64,000 nt of DNA from Candidatus Aenigmatarchaeota archaeon. GTDB taxonomy: Archaea > Aenigmatarchaeota > Aenigmatarchaeia > CG10238-14 > SpSt-28. The notes beneath the pieces were generated by a model, which saw only the letters and a list, made by a program, of their open reading frames with translations, did not search any database and was not told the origin of the DNA. This document shows, one piece after another, positions 36,681 through 47,119 of the stretch (the stretch's first letter is position 1; every line of letters begins with the position of its first letter). Location: positions 258,995-322,994 of the forward strand of contig JAWBNO010000001.1 in the NCBI GenBank assembly GCA_039000725.1. The letters are read 5' to 3'. A program made the translations under genes and the position numbers.

Positions 36681-39600
36681 ATTTTAATTTTAAGATTTGG
36701 ATAGTTTATTCCTTTATTTATAGCATCTCTAATTATTTCAATAATCTCTTTATGAAATTCATTTATAACATCTATTGCGTTTATTTTTCCATTTTCTATG
36801 TTATCCATTTTTTCTTCTAATATTCTTGTTGTTTCTTCGTTCAAATATTTTTCATAGTTTTCTTTTAAAAAAGAATAAACTTGAGAACCTAGTGGACTAA
36901 CAATCAATCTAGATTTTCTTATTTCAATAACATATTTTCTTTTTTTAAGAACTTCTAATATTTTTGCGTAAGTAGATGGTCTACCTAATCTTTTTTGCTT
37001 CATTTCAGAAACTATTTCTGAGTAAGTATATGGATAGTAAACGTTAACTAATCTCTTTTTTATTTCTTTAAATGAATACTTACCTTCTTTAATTTCTGGA
37101 ATTTCAGTTGTGCTAATTTTAGAGATCTTTGTAAATCCTTCTTCAATTATTTTTGTTGTATACTCAAAACTTTTTATTTCGTCTAAAATTTTAACTTCAA
37201 TTCTAACCTTTTCCACTTTCGCTTGCTTCATTTGGCTTGCAATAAATCTTTTGAAAATTATATCATATGCTATATAATCTTTTTCAGTTAATGGCGAAGG
37301 AAACCTAATTAAACCTAAGGATACCATATGTCTAAGCCTTTCTGCATTTATTGGTCTTGTTGGCCTTATACATTCATGTGCCCCTTCAGCTTCCCACTTT
37401 CTTTCTTTAACATATTCTTCGCCATATGTTGAAGTTATATATTCTTTGGCAATACTTATACCAACATTGCTAACAGTTGTACTATTTGTTCTATGATATG
37501 TAATTAAACCATTTTCAAATAGTTTTTGGGCTATATTCATTGCTTGATTGGCATCTATTTTTAAATAAGTAGTTAAGGAAGATATTAAAGTGTCTGTAGT
37601 AAATGGGGGAAATGGATTTATCTCTTCAACTCTTTTTTCAACTTTAATAATCTCAACTATTCCACTATTTATTAAATTTTTGTAAGTTCCAATTTTCCCT
37701 CTAAATTTCAACACCAAACCATTACTTAAAGTTAAAGTTATGAATTCTTCCTTTTCTTTCAATTTTTTCGATCTTTCATCAATCCAACCTAAAACAGGAG
37801 TTTGAACTCTACCTGCTGATAAATTAGTGCTTCTAAATTTTTTCCAAAGAACAGGAGATATGCTAAAGCCAATCCATCTATCTTCAATTCTTCTAACTAT
37901 TTGGGCATTAACCAAATTTATGTCAAAATCTTCCAGATTTTCTAAAGCACTTATTATAGCTTTTTTCGTAATTTCATGGAATCTAGCTCTTTTGACATTT
38001 TTGTTTATTGGCTTTAATAAAAGGCATAAGTCATAAGCTATCTTTTCACCTTCACTATCAGGATCAGTTCCAATTACAACTTCATCAACAAGACTAGCTA
38101 ATCTTCTTAAAGCTTCTATTTTAGGATAAGCATCTATAAATCTACTATTATTACAATTTTCACAAACATTTTCTTCTTCCTCAATTTCTTTACCGCAAAT
38201 TACACATTTTTTTATTGCTTTAAAGACTGGAATAAACCCATTTTCTATTTTAACTCCAAATAAACCTTCATCTATTACTAAATCTGTAATATGGCCACCA
38301 CTGGCTGTTATTATTACTAAACCTTCTTTTATAAAAACTTCATAAGCGTTTAATCCTAAAACATTTTTTCTAGCTGGTCTACCAAAGTATTTGGCTATAG
38401 TTCTAGCTTTATTTGGACTTTCTACTATAAAGAGTTTAGTTTTTAAAGAAATTGTTTGTTGGGAACTCAACTTACCTTCCATTGCTAGAATAACTTTTTT
38501 TCTTTCTTCCTCAATTTCTTTTATTAATTGTCGTAGATCAATTTCTTCTAAATTCTTCCATTCTACATCTTCAAAATATTTCAACTCTTTCTTTAAATTA
38601 TTAAAGGCCTTTTCTTCATCTATTATAACAATACTTAATCCTTTTGTTAATCCACCAACATACAATCTACTTGTTCTTCCACTCGCTTGAATGTAAGCAA
38701 TTTCATCTGTAATTAAGAAATAATACTCTCCTTCTTTGGAGCCAAATGTTATTGTTTCAGATTTTTTCATGGCTTCTAAAATATCTCTATCTTTTAATAT
38801 TTTATTGAAAAAATCTAAACCTCTAATAGCAACGCTTCTTACAAATTCTAAAAATCCTTCTAAACTTTTTCCTTCACGTAGAGCATTTCTCACTTCTTCC
38901 AATTGCTCTTTAGTAATAGTTCTAATTTTTCCTAGGTTTGAAAATAAGATTTCAAACTCTTTTTTGTATTCTTCTTTAATAGTAGAAGATATATTGTTCA
39001 ACAACATTAGCCATTTAGTTGGGTGAAATTCATCATATCTTATTTTAATTAAAAATTTTGGAACACCTACAAACAAAGCGTATTTTATTACATGGGGTAA
39101 ATCTATTCCTCTAACCAAAGGACTTCTTAGAGTAACCATTCCAATTAGAACATCTATTTCACCTCTTTCAAAAAGCTCAAAGTATTCTCTCTTAGGTTTT
39201 AGAAAAGATTTTGCTTTAACACCATTTTCATTTAAATATTTTTCAATTTTATCTGCAAATTCAGAGCCTTTATCGCTAGGTATAAATATTAATCCACCTT
39301 TTCCAAGCATTAATACTAAACTTAATACTTCTTCTTCTAAGGATCTCTTAGGCTTTAAGTAACAATCTATTACATTTCTCCCAAATTCAACTCTACCTCC
39401 AGTTGAAAAACCAAAGAGAGTTGAAAGTATTTTAACTGCTTTAGTAGACCTAGCTTTTTGAGTAGCACCACTAACTATTATTTGACCATTAATTCTGTTT
39501 TTTATATTTTCAATCTTCTTAGAAAATTCATCTATTGTTATTTTTCCTTCATAAAAATTTTCAACAAGTTCTTTAACTTTTTTTGGCAAATCTAACATTT

Positions 39601-40228
39601 TTAATACATATTTTAAACTCTTACTTCTTCTTAAAAAACTATCTACATCATCTACAAAAACAATATCAACATTTTGTTTATAAATTTCTTCTTTTTTAAC
39701 TACACTCAAGTGAGTAGTTACTATTATATCTGCGCCATTCATATTTTCTAGTTGCTCTTTTTTTTCTTTTTGTGTCATTAGGCTATGATAATATGCAATT
39801 TCTAGATTTAAGTTTAATTTTTCTTTAAATTGATTTAATTTTTCTACAACCTGATGTACTAATATGCTTGTTGGTAATAAAAAAAGACATCTCTTTTTTA
39901 ACTTAGAAACAGCATATAAACTTAAAATAATTTGAATAGTAGTTTTTCCACTACCAGTTGGAGATATTAAAGTAAAACTATCGCCATCTAAAAATCTTCT
40001 TACCCAAAATCTTTGTATAGCCCACATTTTGGTATTAAAAATTTTTTGGAATATTTCTTCAATTTCATCAACTTTACTATTTCTTTCTTCTAATTTCTTC
40101 AATTTCCCTTCTTTAATTCTTTCGTCTTCTCTAGGCAAACATATATTACAAGGTAATCCTTTTTCCAATCTTATTGAAGATATATCATTTCCACAGTTTG
40201 GACATAGGTTCTTGTATTCTATTATCAT
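36677..40228 (-). CDS. rgy: Reverse gyrase (helicase plus topoisomerase IA fusion), intact
   Basis: N-terminal zinc finger CPNCGNDISS..CNIC, helicase Walker A SPTGSGKTT, DEAD-like VFVDDVD, TOPRIM TDPDSEGEKIA, and the topo IA active-site region GLITYHRTNS; 1183 aa. Confidence 0.9.
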   Translation of the reverse strand: MIIEYKNLCPNCGNDISSIRLEKGLPCNICLPREDERIKEGKLKKLEERNSKVDEIEEIFQKIFNTKMWAIQRFWVRRFLDGDSFTLISPTGSGKTTIQIILSLYAVSKLKKRCLFLLPTSILVHQVVEKLNQFKEKLNLNLEIAYYHSLMTQKEKKEQLENMNGADIIVTTHLSVVKKEEIYKQNVDIVFVDDVDSFLRRSKSLKYVLKMLDLPKKVKELVENFYEGKITIDEFSKKIENIKNRINGQIIVSGATQKARSTKAVKILSTLFGFSTGGRVEFGRNVIDCYLKPKRSLEEEVLSLVLMLGKGGLIFIPSDKGSEFADKIEKYLNENGVKAKSFLKPKREYFELFERGEIDVLIGMVTLRSPLVRGIDLPHVIKYALFVGVPKFLIKIRYDEFHPTKWLMLLNNISSTIKEEYKKEFEILFSNLGKIRTITKEQLEEVRNALREGKSLEGFLEFVRSVAIRGLDFFNKILKDRDILEAMKKSETITFGSKEGEYYFLITDEIAYIQASGRTSRLYVGGLTKGLSIVIIDEEKAFNNLKKELKYFEDVEWKNLEEIDLRQLIKEIEEERKKVILAMEGKLSSQQTISLKTKLFIVESPNKARTIAKYFGRPARKNVLGLNAYEVFIKEGLVIITASGGHITDLVIDEGLFGVKIENGFIPVFKAIKKCVICGKEIEEEENVCENCNNSRFIDAYPKIEALRRLASLVDEVVIGTDPDSEGEKIAYDLCLLLKPINKNVKRARFHEITKKAIISALENLEDFDINLVNAQIVRRIEDRWIGFSISPVLWKKFRSTNLSAGRVQTPVLGWIDERSKKLKEKEEFITLTLSNGLVLKFRGKIGTYKNLINSGIVEIIKVEKRVEEINPFPPFTTDTLISSLTTYLKIDANQAMNIAQKLFENGLITYHRTNSTTVSNVGISIAKEYITSTYGEEYVKERKWEAEGAHECIRPTRPINAERLRHMVSLGLIRFPSPLTEKDYIAYDIIFKRFIASQMKQAKVEKVRIEVKILDEIKSFEYTTKIIEEGFTKISKISTTEIPEIKEGKYSFKEIKKRLVNVYYPYTYSEIVSEMKQKRLGRPSTYAKILEVLKKRKYVIEIRKSRLIVSPLGSQVYSFLKENYEKYLNEETTRILEEKMDNIENGKINAIDVINEFHKEIIEIIRDAINKGINYPNLKIKI

Positions 40229-40279
40229 GAAATAAATTATTTGTAAGATTTTTAATACACCTCTTTCTTTAATAGTATT

Positions 40280-42622
40280 ATGAAAGTAGAAAAGTATGAG
40301 ATATTTATAGATTTTAACGATTTGGCCGAAACTTTTGAAGGAAGAGTTAAAATTTACTTAATAAATGGTAAAAGAAGAATTAAGTTAAATAAGGAAGATA
40401 TAGAAGTAAGAAAAGTTTTGGTTAATGGTAGCGAGTGCAATTTTGAAGACAGAAATGATAGTTTAGTTATAAGTTCTAATAATCAAATAAAATTTATTGA
40501 AATAGAATATTCTGGAAGAGTTAGCAAAACTTTAGAGGGACTTTATAGAGCTAAAAACATTTTTTCTACCCAATTTGAAGCTACTGGTGCTAGAAAGGTT
40601 TTCCCTTGTTTAGATAATCCAAATTTTAAGGCAAAATTTAAGATATCTGTGAAGGTTAGAAAACCTTATGAGGTTATTTCAAATGAGGATGTTGAAAGTA
40701 TTGAAGATTTGGGTGAGTATAGAATATTTAATTTTAAGGAAACTTGTGAAATGTCAACATATTTAGTTTATATAGGAATAGGAGAATTCAAAAAGCTAGT
40801 TGAAAAAAATTCTATAAAGTTCAGAGCAATAGTCCCTTTTGATAAAGATGTTAATAAGGCTAAACAATCTTTAAATTACACTAAAAAGTTTTTTGAGTTT
40901 ATGCAAGATTATTTCAAAGTCAAATATCCTTTAAGTAAACTTGATATAATAGCTATTCCAGAATTTGCTGCCGGAGCTATGGAGAATTTTGGTGCAATAA
41001 CTTTTAGAGAAATTTTTGTTCTTTTAAGTAAATCTACTTCTTACAAAATAAAAAGAAGAGTTATGGAGGTAATTTCACACGAATTAGTACACCAATGGTT
41101 TGGAAACTTGGTTTCTCCAAAAGACTGGAAAGATTTATGGTTAAACGAAAGTTTTGCCACATATTTAGCATATCTAGTAATAGATAAAGTATTTCCTAAA
41201 GAAAAGATACTTAGAGATTTTTTTGAAGGAGATTATTATTCTTCTCTTTCTCAAGATAGTTTATTGAACACACATCCTATAAAATTTAAATATAGAAAAA
41301 AAGAAGAAATAGATCAACTTTTCGATTCTATAACTTATGGTAAAGGTGCAAGTATTTTAAGAATGTTTTTTGGGTATTTAGGAGAAGAAAATTTTAGAAG
41401 CTATATTGTTGAGTATTTGAATAAATTTAAATTTTCCAATGCTAATACTGAAGACTTTTTAAATATTGTTAGAAATCATAAAAACTTATTTAAAAGTTGG
41501 ATATTCAATAAAGGACATCCTATAATTTTTGCCAAATTTAAAAAAGGAAAAATAGTTTTAACCCAAAAAACATTTACTTATTTGAAAAATAGTTCTAAAA
41601 CAATTTGGCCTATTCCTCTATTCATAAAATTCGATAATAGAAGAGAGGTTGTTTTATTTGATAAGAAAAAAACTTCTTTAAATTTAAAATTCAAAAATTT
41701 TATTTTCTTAAATTCAGATTCTTTTGGTTATTATAGAGTTTTTTACGACAAAAAGTTGTTAGAAGCTATACTAAAAAATAAAAGTAAATTGAATGAATTT
41801 GAAAAATGTTCTTTGATAGAAAACTACTTTTCATTTTTATTGGCGGATTTAATTTCTATTGACGAATTCTTAAAATTGGTAGAAAAATTCAAGAAAGATA
41901 AAGATTTTCTTGTTATTAAAGAAATAGTAAACGATTTGAGTTTTCTTGTTGATTATTTGGATAAAAATAAAAAGATAAAGAAATTTACTCAAGAATATCT
42001 CAACTATCATTATAAGAGACTAAGTTATAAAAAAAGAGAAGATTTGATATTGCTTGGGACTATATGTACGTTATATTCTAAAATCGATTCTAAATTTAGA
42101 AAAGAATTAGTTAATGCTTACAAGAACTATTTTGACGTACCTCCAGATTTAAGATTAGCTTATTCAATTTCTTTAGTAAAAGTTAAAGGTAGAGAAGGTT
42201 TTGAAGAATTTTTGAAAAATATTGAAAGAGCGGAGGATGAGGATAGAATTAAATTGTTGTCCTCTCTATTTTATTCTGAAGACAAAAGCTTAGTTGCTCT
42301 AGCTTTTTCGCTAATTTCTTCAAAATCCAAAAAACAAGATCTGCCAATTTTAATTCAATCTTCTCTATCCGAAAAGAAGAATATAGATATAGCATGGATT
42401 TGGTTAAAAGAAAACTTACCAAACGTAATTTCAATATTTAGGGGTAGCTATCAACCTAGAAGAATAATGGAAAGCATAATACCAGATATTGGTTTATATA
42501 AAGAAGCAGAGATAAAAGAATATTTGAAGAAAAATAAATTCGAAGAAGCAAAAATTGGGATTAAAACTGGATTTGAGATTTTAGAAGTAATTAAGAGGCT
42601 TAGAAAAAAATATAATTTTTAA
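40280..42622 (+). CDS. M1 family aminopeptidase (aminopeptidase N / tricorn-interacting factor F3-like)
   Basis: GAMEN motif as [10 protein letters not shown], and the zinc site [29 protein letters not shown] (HExxH-x18-E). Confidence 0.9.
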   Translation: MKVEKYEIFIDFNDLAETFEGRVKIYLINGKRRIKLNKEDIEVRKVLVNGSECNFEDRNDSLVISSNNQIKFIEIEYSGRVSKTLEGLYRAKNIFSTQFEATGARKVFPCLDNPNFKAKFKISVKVRKPYEVISNEDVESIEDLGEYRIFNFKETCEMSTYLVYIGIGEFKKLVEKNSIKFRAIVPFDKDVNKAKQSLNYTKKFFEFMQDYFKVKYPLSKLDIIAIPEFAAGAMENFGAITFREIFVLLSKSTSYKIKRRVMEVISHELVHQWFGNLVSPKDWKDLWLNESFATYLAYLVIDKVFPKEKILRDFFEGDYYSSLSQDSLLNTHPIKFKYRKKEEIDQLFDSITYGKGASILRMFFGYLGEENFRSYIVEYLNKFKFSNANTEDFLNIVRNHKNLFKSWIFNKGHPIIFAKFKKGKIVLTQKTFTYLKNSSKTIWPIPLFIKFDNRREVVLFDKKKTSLNLKFKNFIFLNSDSFGYYRVFYDKKLLEAILKNKSKLNEFEKCSLIENYFSFLLADLISIDEFLKLVEKFKKDKDFLVIKEIVNDLSFLVDYLDKNKKIKKFTQEYLNYHYKRLSYKKREDLILLGTICTLYSKIDSKFRKELVNAYKNYFDVPPDLRLAYSISLVKVKGREGFEEFLKNIERAEDEDRIKLLSSLFYSEDKSLVALAFSLISSKSKKQDLPILIQSSLSEKKNIDIAWIWLKENLPNVISIFRGSYQPRRIMESIIPDIGLYKEAEIKEYLKKNKFEEAKIGIKTGFEILEVIKRLRKKYNF

Positions 42623-42873
42623 ATTTCATTTGGAAAGTCCTCTAACCAATTTTTTATGGCTTCTTTAATTTTTACAATTTGATATTCTTTAGTTGGTAGT
42701 GGCCTTTTTATAGTTATTGGTAAAACGTTTTTTTTAAATTCTTCTTTCGCAATTTTTATTGGATCTGTTTCTTCAGTTTTAATTAAAATAGGAGCACCTA
42801 AAGAAATTTGAAGAGCCCTAGCGCTAATGATTCTTGCCACTTCAAATCTCGTTAATCTATCTTCGGGCCACAT
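42619..42873 (-). CDS. rpoK: DNA-directed RNA polymerase subunit K (Rpb6/omega homologue)
   Basis: [25 protein letters not shown] is the conserved RpoK core. Confidence 0.8.
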   Translation of the reverse strand: MWPEDRLTRFEVARIISARALQISLGAPILIKTEETDPIKIAKEEFKKNVLPITIKRPLPTKEYQIVKIKEAIKNWLEDFPNEI

Positions 42874-42878
42874 AATTA

Positions 42879-43082
42879 TCAGGGCTTAAATTTAGCAATT
42901 TTTTCAAATATATCAACATGGGTAAGAAACATTCTCCTACAACAATATCTTTTAACATTCAAATCGTCTAAAACCTTAGCAGGATCCTCTCCATTTTCTA
43001 CTCTCTTTTTATAATCTTCCCAAAGATGTCCAATTACTTTTCCACATGTAAAACATCTTATTGGAAACAAAATTTTGACCAC
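42879..43082 (-). CDS. rpoN: DNA-directed RNA polymerase subunit N (Rpb10 homologue)
   Basis: [24 protein letters not shown]...RYCCRRM is the RpoN zinc bundle. Confidence 0.9.
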   Translation of the reverse strand: MVKILFPIRCFTCGKVIGHLWEDYKKRVENGEDPAKVLDDLNVKRYCCRRMFLTHVDIFEKIAKFKP

Positions 43083-43159
43083 CTATTCAGATTTATACTT
43101 TTGAATTTATAGTTTTTAAGATTTAAAAGTTTTAAATATAACTGAGTTATATTACTTAT

Positions 43160-43465
43160 ATGATAGTTCCATGCGATTTTTATATAAAAGTTTATTTACC
43201 ATCCATAAAAGCAAAAGTGGCTGAAATTTTGTACAGACAGTATAATAAAAAACAAGAAGAAATAGCAAAATTATTAGGGATAACGCAAGCAGCAACTAGC
43301 AAGTATATATCTAGAAAACTTAGTAAAAAAATAAGTGAAATTATGAATAGGAATCTCATTGAAGAAATAGCTAGAGATATTAGTAAAAGTCTGGTTGAAA
43401 AAAATTACACTCAAATACCATTTTCTAAAGAAGTTTGTAAGTTGTGTGGAGGGTGTAAATTATGA
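43160..43465 (+). CDS. ArsR-like HTH regulator with a C-terminal CxxCGGC motif, upstream of iscSU
   Basis: EIAKLLGITQAATSKYISRKL resembles the ArsR/SmtB recognition helix, and the C-terminus ends KLCGGCKL. Confidence 0.5.
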   Translation: MIVPCDFYIKVYLPSIKAKVAEILYRQYNKKQEEIAKLLGITQAATSKYISRKLSKKISEIMNRNLIEEIARDISKSLVEKNYTQIPFSKEVCKLCGGCKL

Positions 43466-44616
43466 AAGTTTATATGGATTATGCAGCCACAACACCAATA
43501 GATCCAAGGGTATTAAAAGCTATGATGCCATTTCTAAAAAAGAAATTTGGAAATACAATGAGTTTGCATTCTTTTGGAATAGAAGCTAAAAAGGCTCTTG
43601 AAGAATCTAGAGAAGCTATTGCTGATTTGATGAACGCCAACTCAAATGAAATAATTTTTACTTCCAGCGCAACTGAAGCAAATAATATGGCTATAAAAGG
43701 AATAGCTTTTGCAAACAAAGATAAAGGAAATCATATAATAGTTTCTTCAATAGAGCATCATTGTGTTTTAGAATCTGCAAAATGGTTGGAAAAATTTGGT
43801 TTTAAAGTTGATTATTTACCTGTTGATAAATTTGGTTTCGTTGATTTGGAAAAATTAAAAAGTTTGATTAGAAAAGAAACTATTTTAGTATCTGTCATGC
43901 ATGCAAATAATGAGATTGGCACAATTGAACCAATTGAAGAGATAGGGAAAATTTGCAAAGAAAATGGAATATATTTTCATTCAGATGCTGCTCAGAGTTT
44001 TGGAAAAATTGATGTTGATGTTAAAAAGTTTAATGTAGATCTTTTGACTGTAAGTTCTCACAAGATGTATGGTCCAAAGGGCGCAGCAGCTTTATATATA
44101 AAAGAAGGTACAAAAATAGAGCCACTATTACATGGAGGTGGACATGAATTTGGCTTAAGATCTTCTACAGTAAATGTTCCTGCTATTGTTGGTTTTGCTG
44201 AAGCTGCAAGAATAGCTAAAAAAGAAATGAAAAAAGAAGCTGCAAGATTAATTAAGTTAAGAGATAGGCTAATAAAGGGAGTTTTAGAAAATATAGAGGA
44301 TTCTCATTTAAACGGTCATCCTACAAAAAGATTGCCAAACAATGCAAACTTTTGGTTTTCTGGAGTTGAGGGAGAAGCTTTAATTTCTTTATTAGATTCT
44401 TATGGTATAGCCGCATCTACAGGATCTGCGTGCTCTTCTTCTACATTAGAACCAAGTCATGTGCTCTTAGCAATTGGGTTAAAACATCATGAGGCTCACG
44501 GCAGCTTAAGATTAAGTTTAGGAAGGTGGACTACTAAAGAAGAGGTTGACTACGTTTTGGAAGTTTTACCAAAAGCTATAAATAGGTTAAGAAAAATTTC
44601 TATTTTCAAAAAGTGA
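43462..44616 (+). CDS. iscS: Cysteine desulfurase (IscS/NifS class)
   Basis: PLP Lys in SSHKMYGPKG, active-site Cys loop STGSACSS, and SATEANNMAIKG. Confidence 0.9.
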   Translation: MKVYMDYAATTPIDPRVLKAMMPFLKKKFGNTMSLHSFGIEAKKALEESREAIADLMNANSNEIIFTSSATEANNMAIKGIAFANKDKGNHIIVSSIEHHCVLESAKWLEKFGFKVDYLPVDKFGFVDLEKLKSLIRKETILVSVMHANNEIGTIEPIEEIGKICKENGIYFHSDAAQSFGKIDVDVKKFNVDLLTVSSHKMYGPKGAAALYIKEGTKIEPLLHGGGHEFGLRSSTVNVPAIVGFAEAARIAKKEMKKEAARLIKLRDRLIKGVLENIEDSHLNGHPTKRLPNNANFWFSGVEGEALISLLDSYGIAASTGSACSSSTLEPSHVLLAIGLKHHEAHGSLRLSLGRWTTKEEVDYVLEVLPKAINRLRKISIFKK

Positions 44617-45119
44617 TTTTGATGGAATTATATTCTAAAGAAATAATGAAACATTTTAAAAATCCGAAGAATGTGGGTAGAATTAAAAATGCTGATGGAA
44701 TTGGAGAAGCTGGAAATTTGGTTTGTGGAGATGTGATGAAGATTTATATTAAAGTTAGTGATAAAAATGGTAAGAAGATTATAAAAGATATAAAATTTGA
44801 AACTTTTGGTTGTGTTGTCGCTATTGCTAACACTAGCTTATTAACAACCTTAGTTAAAGGAAAAACTTTAGAGGAAGCTCTTAAAATTAAAAAAGAAGAT
44901 TTGGTTAAAAAACTAGGAAAAGTTCCTCCTATCAAAATTCATTGCTCAGTTTTAGCTACCGATGCTCTTAAGGAAGCAATTTATGATTACTTAAAAAGAA
45001 AAAATTTGCCCATTCCTGAAGATTTAGAGAAAGAGCATAAAAGGATTGTTGAAAATAGAGAAAAATTAGAAAAAGAATATGCGAATTTTGTTAATATGGA
45101 AAAAGAGGTTTTGAAATGA
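44613..45119 (+). CDS. iscU: Fe-S cluster scaffold IscU/NifU-like, with about 40 aa of C-terminal extension
   Basis: Three conserved Cys regions: GNLVCGDVM, FGCVVAIA and IHCSVLATDA. Confidence 0.82.
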   Translation: MILMELYSKEIMKHFKNPKNVGRIKNADGIGEAGNLVCGDVMKIYIKVSDKNGKKIIKDIKFETFGCVVAIANTSLLTTLVKGKTLEEALKIKKEDLVKKLGKVPPIKIHCSVLATDALKEAIYDYLKRKNLPIPEDLEKEHKRIVENREKLEKEYANFVNMEKEVLK

Positions 45120-45409
45120 TTAAAGAAAAAGATTTACTAAAGGTTTTAGAAAATGTGATTGATCCTGAAATTGGTATAAATATAGTTGATCTTGGTTTAA
45201 TTTATGATATTAAAGTTGAAAAAGATAGCGTTAAGATTAAAATGGGTTTGACCTCTCCTTTTTGCCCTTTAGCTAATTACTTAGTTGAAATGGTTAAGAA
45301 TGCCGTCAAAAATAGTGGTATAAAAAATGTTGATGTGGAATTAGTATTGAATCCACCTTGGACTCCAGAAAGAATGTCAAAAAAAGCAAGAAAAATTTTG
45401 GGGTTATAA
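45116..45409 (+). CDS. DUF59 / MIP18-SufT-like Fe-S assembly protein
   Basis: VIDPEIGINIVDLGLIYDI...LTSPFCPLANYL is the classic DUF59 pattern. Confidence 0.72.
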   Translation: MIKEKDLLKVLENVIDPEIGINIVDLGLIYDIKVEKDSVKIKMGLTSPFCPLANYLVEMVKNAVKNSGIKNVDVELVLNPPWTPERMSKKARKILGL

Positions 45410-45415
45410 ATTAAA

Positions 45416-45823
45416 ATGAGATTTTCTTATATTATAGTTGCTAAAGTTATGAAAAATTTTAGTACTAGAGTTGGAAAATTGGATAATATTCATTTTAATA
45501 AAGGATTCTATTTGTATGTTGGTTCAGCTTTTTATGAAAACGGATTTAGTAGAATTTTAAGACATATTAGTAAAAAGAAGAAGAAACATTGGCATATAGA
45601 TTATTTTCTTTCTTCTAGAAAAGTTAAAATAGTTTATATAGAAATTTTTCCAGAAAGAAGAATAGAGTGTATTTTAGCATCTATGATAGAAAGGTTTAGT
45701 GATAATAGTGTTAAAAACTTTGGTTGTAGTGATTGTTTTTGTAAATCTCATATGTTTTTCTTTAAGAACAAAAATAAAGTTGAAGATATTTTAAGAAAAA
45801 TTATGATAAAGATTTTGGTTTAG
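45416..45823 (+). CDS. DUF123 (GIY-YIG/Uri-superfamily-like) endonuclease domain protein
   Basis: GFYLYVGSA...RILRH...KKKHWHIDYFL matches the DUF123 core. Confidence 0.6.
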   Translation: MRFSYIIVAKVMKNFSTRVGKLDNIHFNKGFYLYVGSAFYENGFSRILRHISKKKKKHWHIDYFLSSRKVKIVYIEIFPERRIECILASMIERFSDNSVKNFGCSDCFCKSHMFFFKNKNKVEDILRKIMIKILV

Positions 45824-46835
45824 GAAGTTTTAATTCTTTCCACTTAACCTTTTTAGCTAAAGGGTCTTCTTCTTCACAAATTACTATCGAATTATAATCT
45901 CCAGAATTAACCTCTATATAATCCTCTCCAGTTAAATATTTTAATACTTTTTTATAATCGAATTCGAAAGGAATTTTAAGATTTATAAAAGTTTTTACAA
46001 TTCTAATTAAAAACGGATAATATTCCTCACTACTACTTAAAATATATCTGTTATTACTTGAATAAAATGGTGGAAATAGCTTTATTCCTTCTCTGTAATA
46101 TCCAGTTATTATCTCGTAGGAATGTAGACCAGTATTTCTATTTTTCTTGTCCCATTCTAAGAAAGCAGAAGAATCGTTTTTATCAATTTCTAGAATATCA
46201 CCTCTTCTAAAATCAGAATATTTTTTGTACAATTGTTCTGGTGTTTCGTCATCATTGTAAATACTTCTTATAGCAATACTAGCAACATCTAGGTATTCTT
46301 TTAAAGAAATTTCTCTTTTACCGCTAGTTGTTTTTAAATTTTTTAGATAAGCATTTTCTATAATTTTAGCTTCCTCCTTGCTAAGATAAGGTTTATAAAC
46401 AAATTTCCTTTTTATTTCTCCCTCTCTAAATCTAATTGGAACCATTTTTTCAAGTTTTTCTTTGTTTAATGATTTAAAAATTATTATAGAATTTTCAATA
46501 ATCCTATTGATTAAGTCAACTAAATTATTCTCTTTAGAGTTTTTATCGATTTTTATATTGGTATAAAAGTATCGACATTCTTGATTAATACCGGAAAAAT
46601 AAAGATAATAGTTATTTTTGTAAAGAATTAGCGCAAAAGGAATTATTATTATTTTTTCATCTAAGTAGCATGGAAAATAAAAATTAATCCATCTTTTGTC
46701 ATATTTGCCAAATATATAATTAGGGAATGCAATATTTGATAATTTTTTCAATAAGGATAATGTTTTATCTGAATAAAGTTCAAGTTCTTTTTCTATAAAA
46801 AGAGTTTCTTCCAGTTCTTTATATTCTATCCTCAT
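45801..46835 (-). CDS. Hypothetical protein
   Basis: 344-aa ORF with no recognisable motif. Confidence 0.4.
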   Translation of the reverse strand: MRIEYKELEETLFIEKELELYSDKTLSLLKKLSNIAFPNYIFGKYDKRWINFYFPCYLDEKIIIIPFALILYKNNYYLYFSGINQECRYFYTNIKIDKNSKENNLVDLINRIIENSIIIFKSLNKEKLEKMVPIRFREGEIKRKFVYKPYLSKEEAKIIENAYLKNLKTTSGKREISLKEYLDVASIAIRSIYNDDETPEQLYKKYSDFRRGDILEIDKNDSSAFLEWDKKNRNTGLHSYEIITGYYREGIKLFPPFYSSNNRYILSSSEEYYPFLIRIVKTFINLKIPFEFDYKKVLKYLTGEDYIEVNSGDYNSIVICEEEDPLAKKVKWKELKLPKPKSLS

Positions 46836-46849
46836 ATTTAAAATTTATT

Positions 46850-47119
46850 ATGAAGAAAAAAAGTAGTAAAATGGTTGAAGAGATAGGAATAGCTTTAATA
46901 TTCACATCTGTAATTTTATTTATAATTGGTTTGACTTTTCTATTTTTTGGTAAGCAAAGAACAAAGTTTGAAGGAGGAGGTATAATTTTCATAGGACCAA
47001 TTCCAATAATTTTTGGTACTAGTGCTAAAATAATCTATTTACTTTTAGTTTTTTCTTTAATTTTTATAATCTTGTTTATCTTTTTCTTTTTGAATTTTCC
47101 TTTACTCAACAAAAAGTAA
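46850..47119 (+). CDS. DUF131-like small archaeal membrane protein
   Basis: Two TM helices flank FEGGGIIFIGPIPIIFG. It overlaps the 3' end of the convergent giant ORF by about 85 nt. Confidence 0.5.
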   Translation: MKKKSSKMVEEIGIALIFTSVILFIIGLTFLFFGKQRTKFEGGGIIFIGPIPIIFGTSAKIIYLLLVFSLIFIILFIFFFLNFPLLNKK

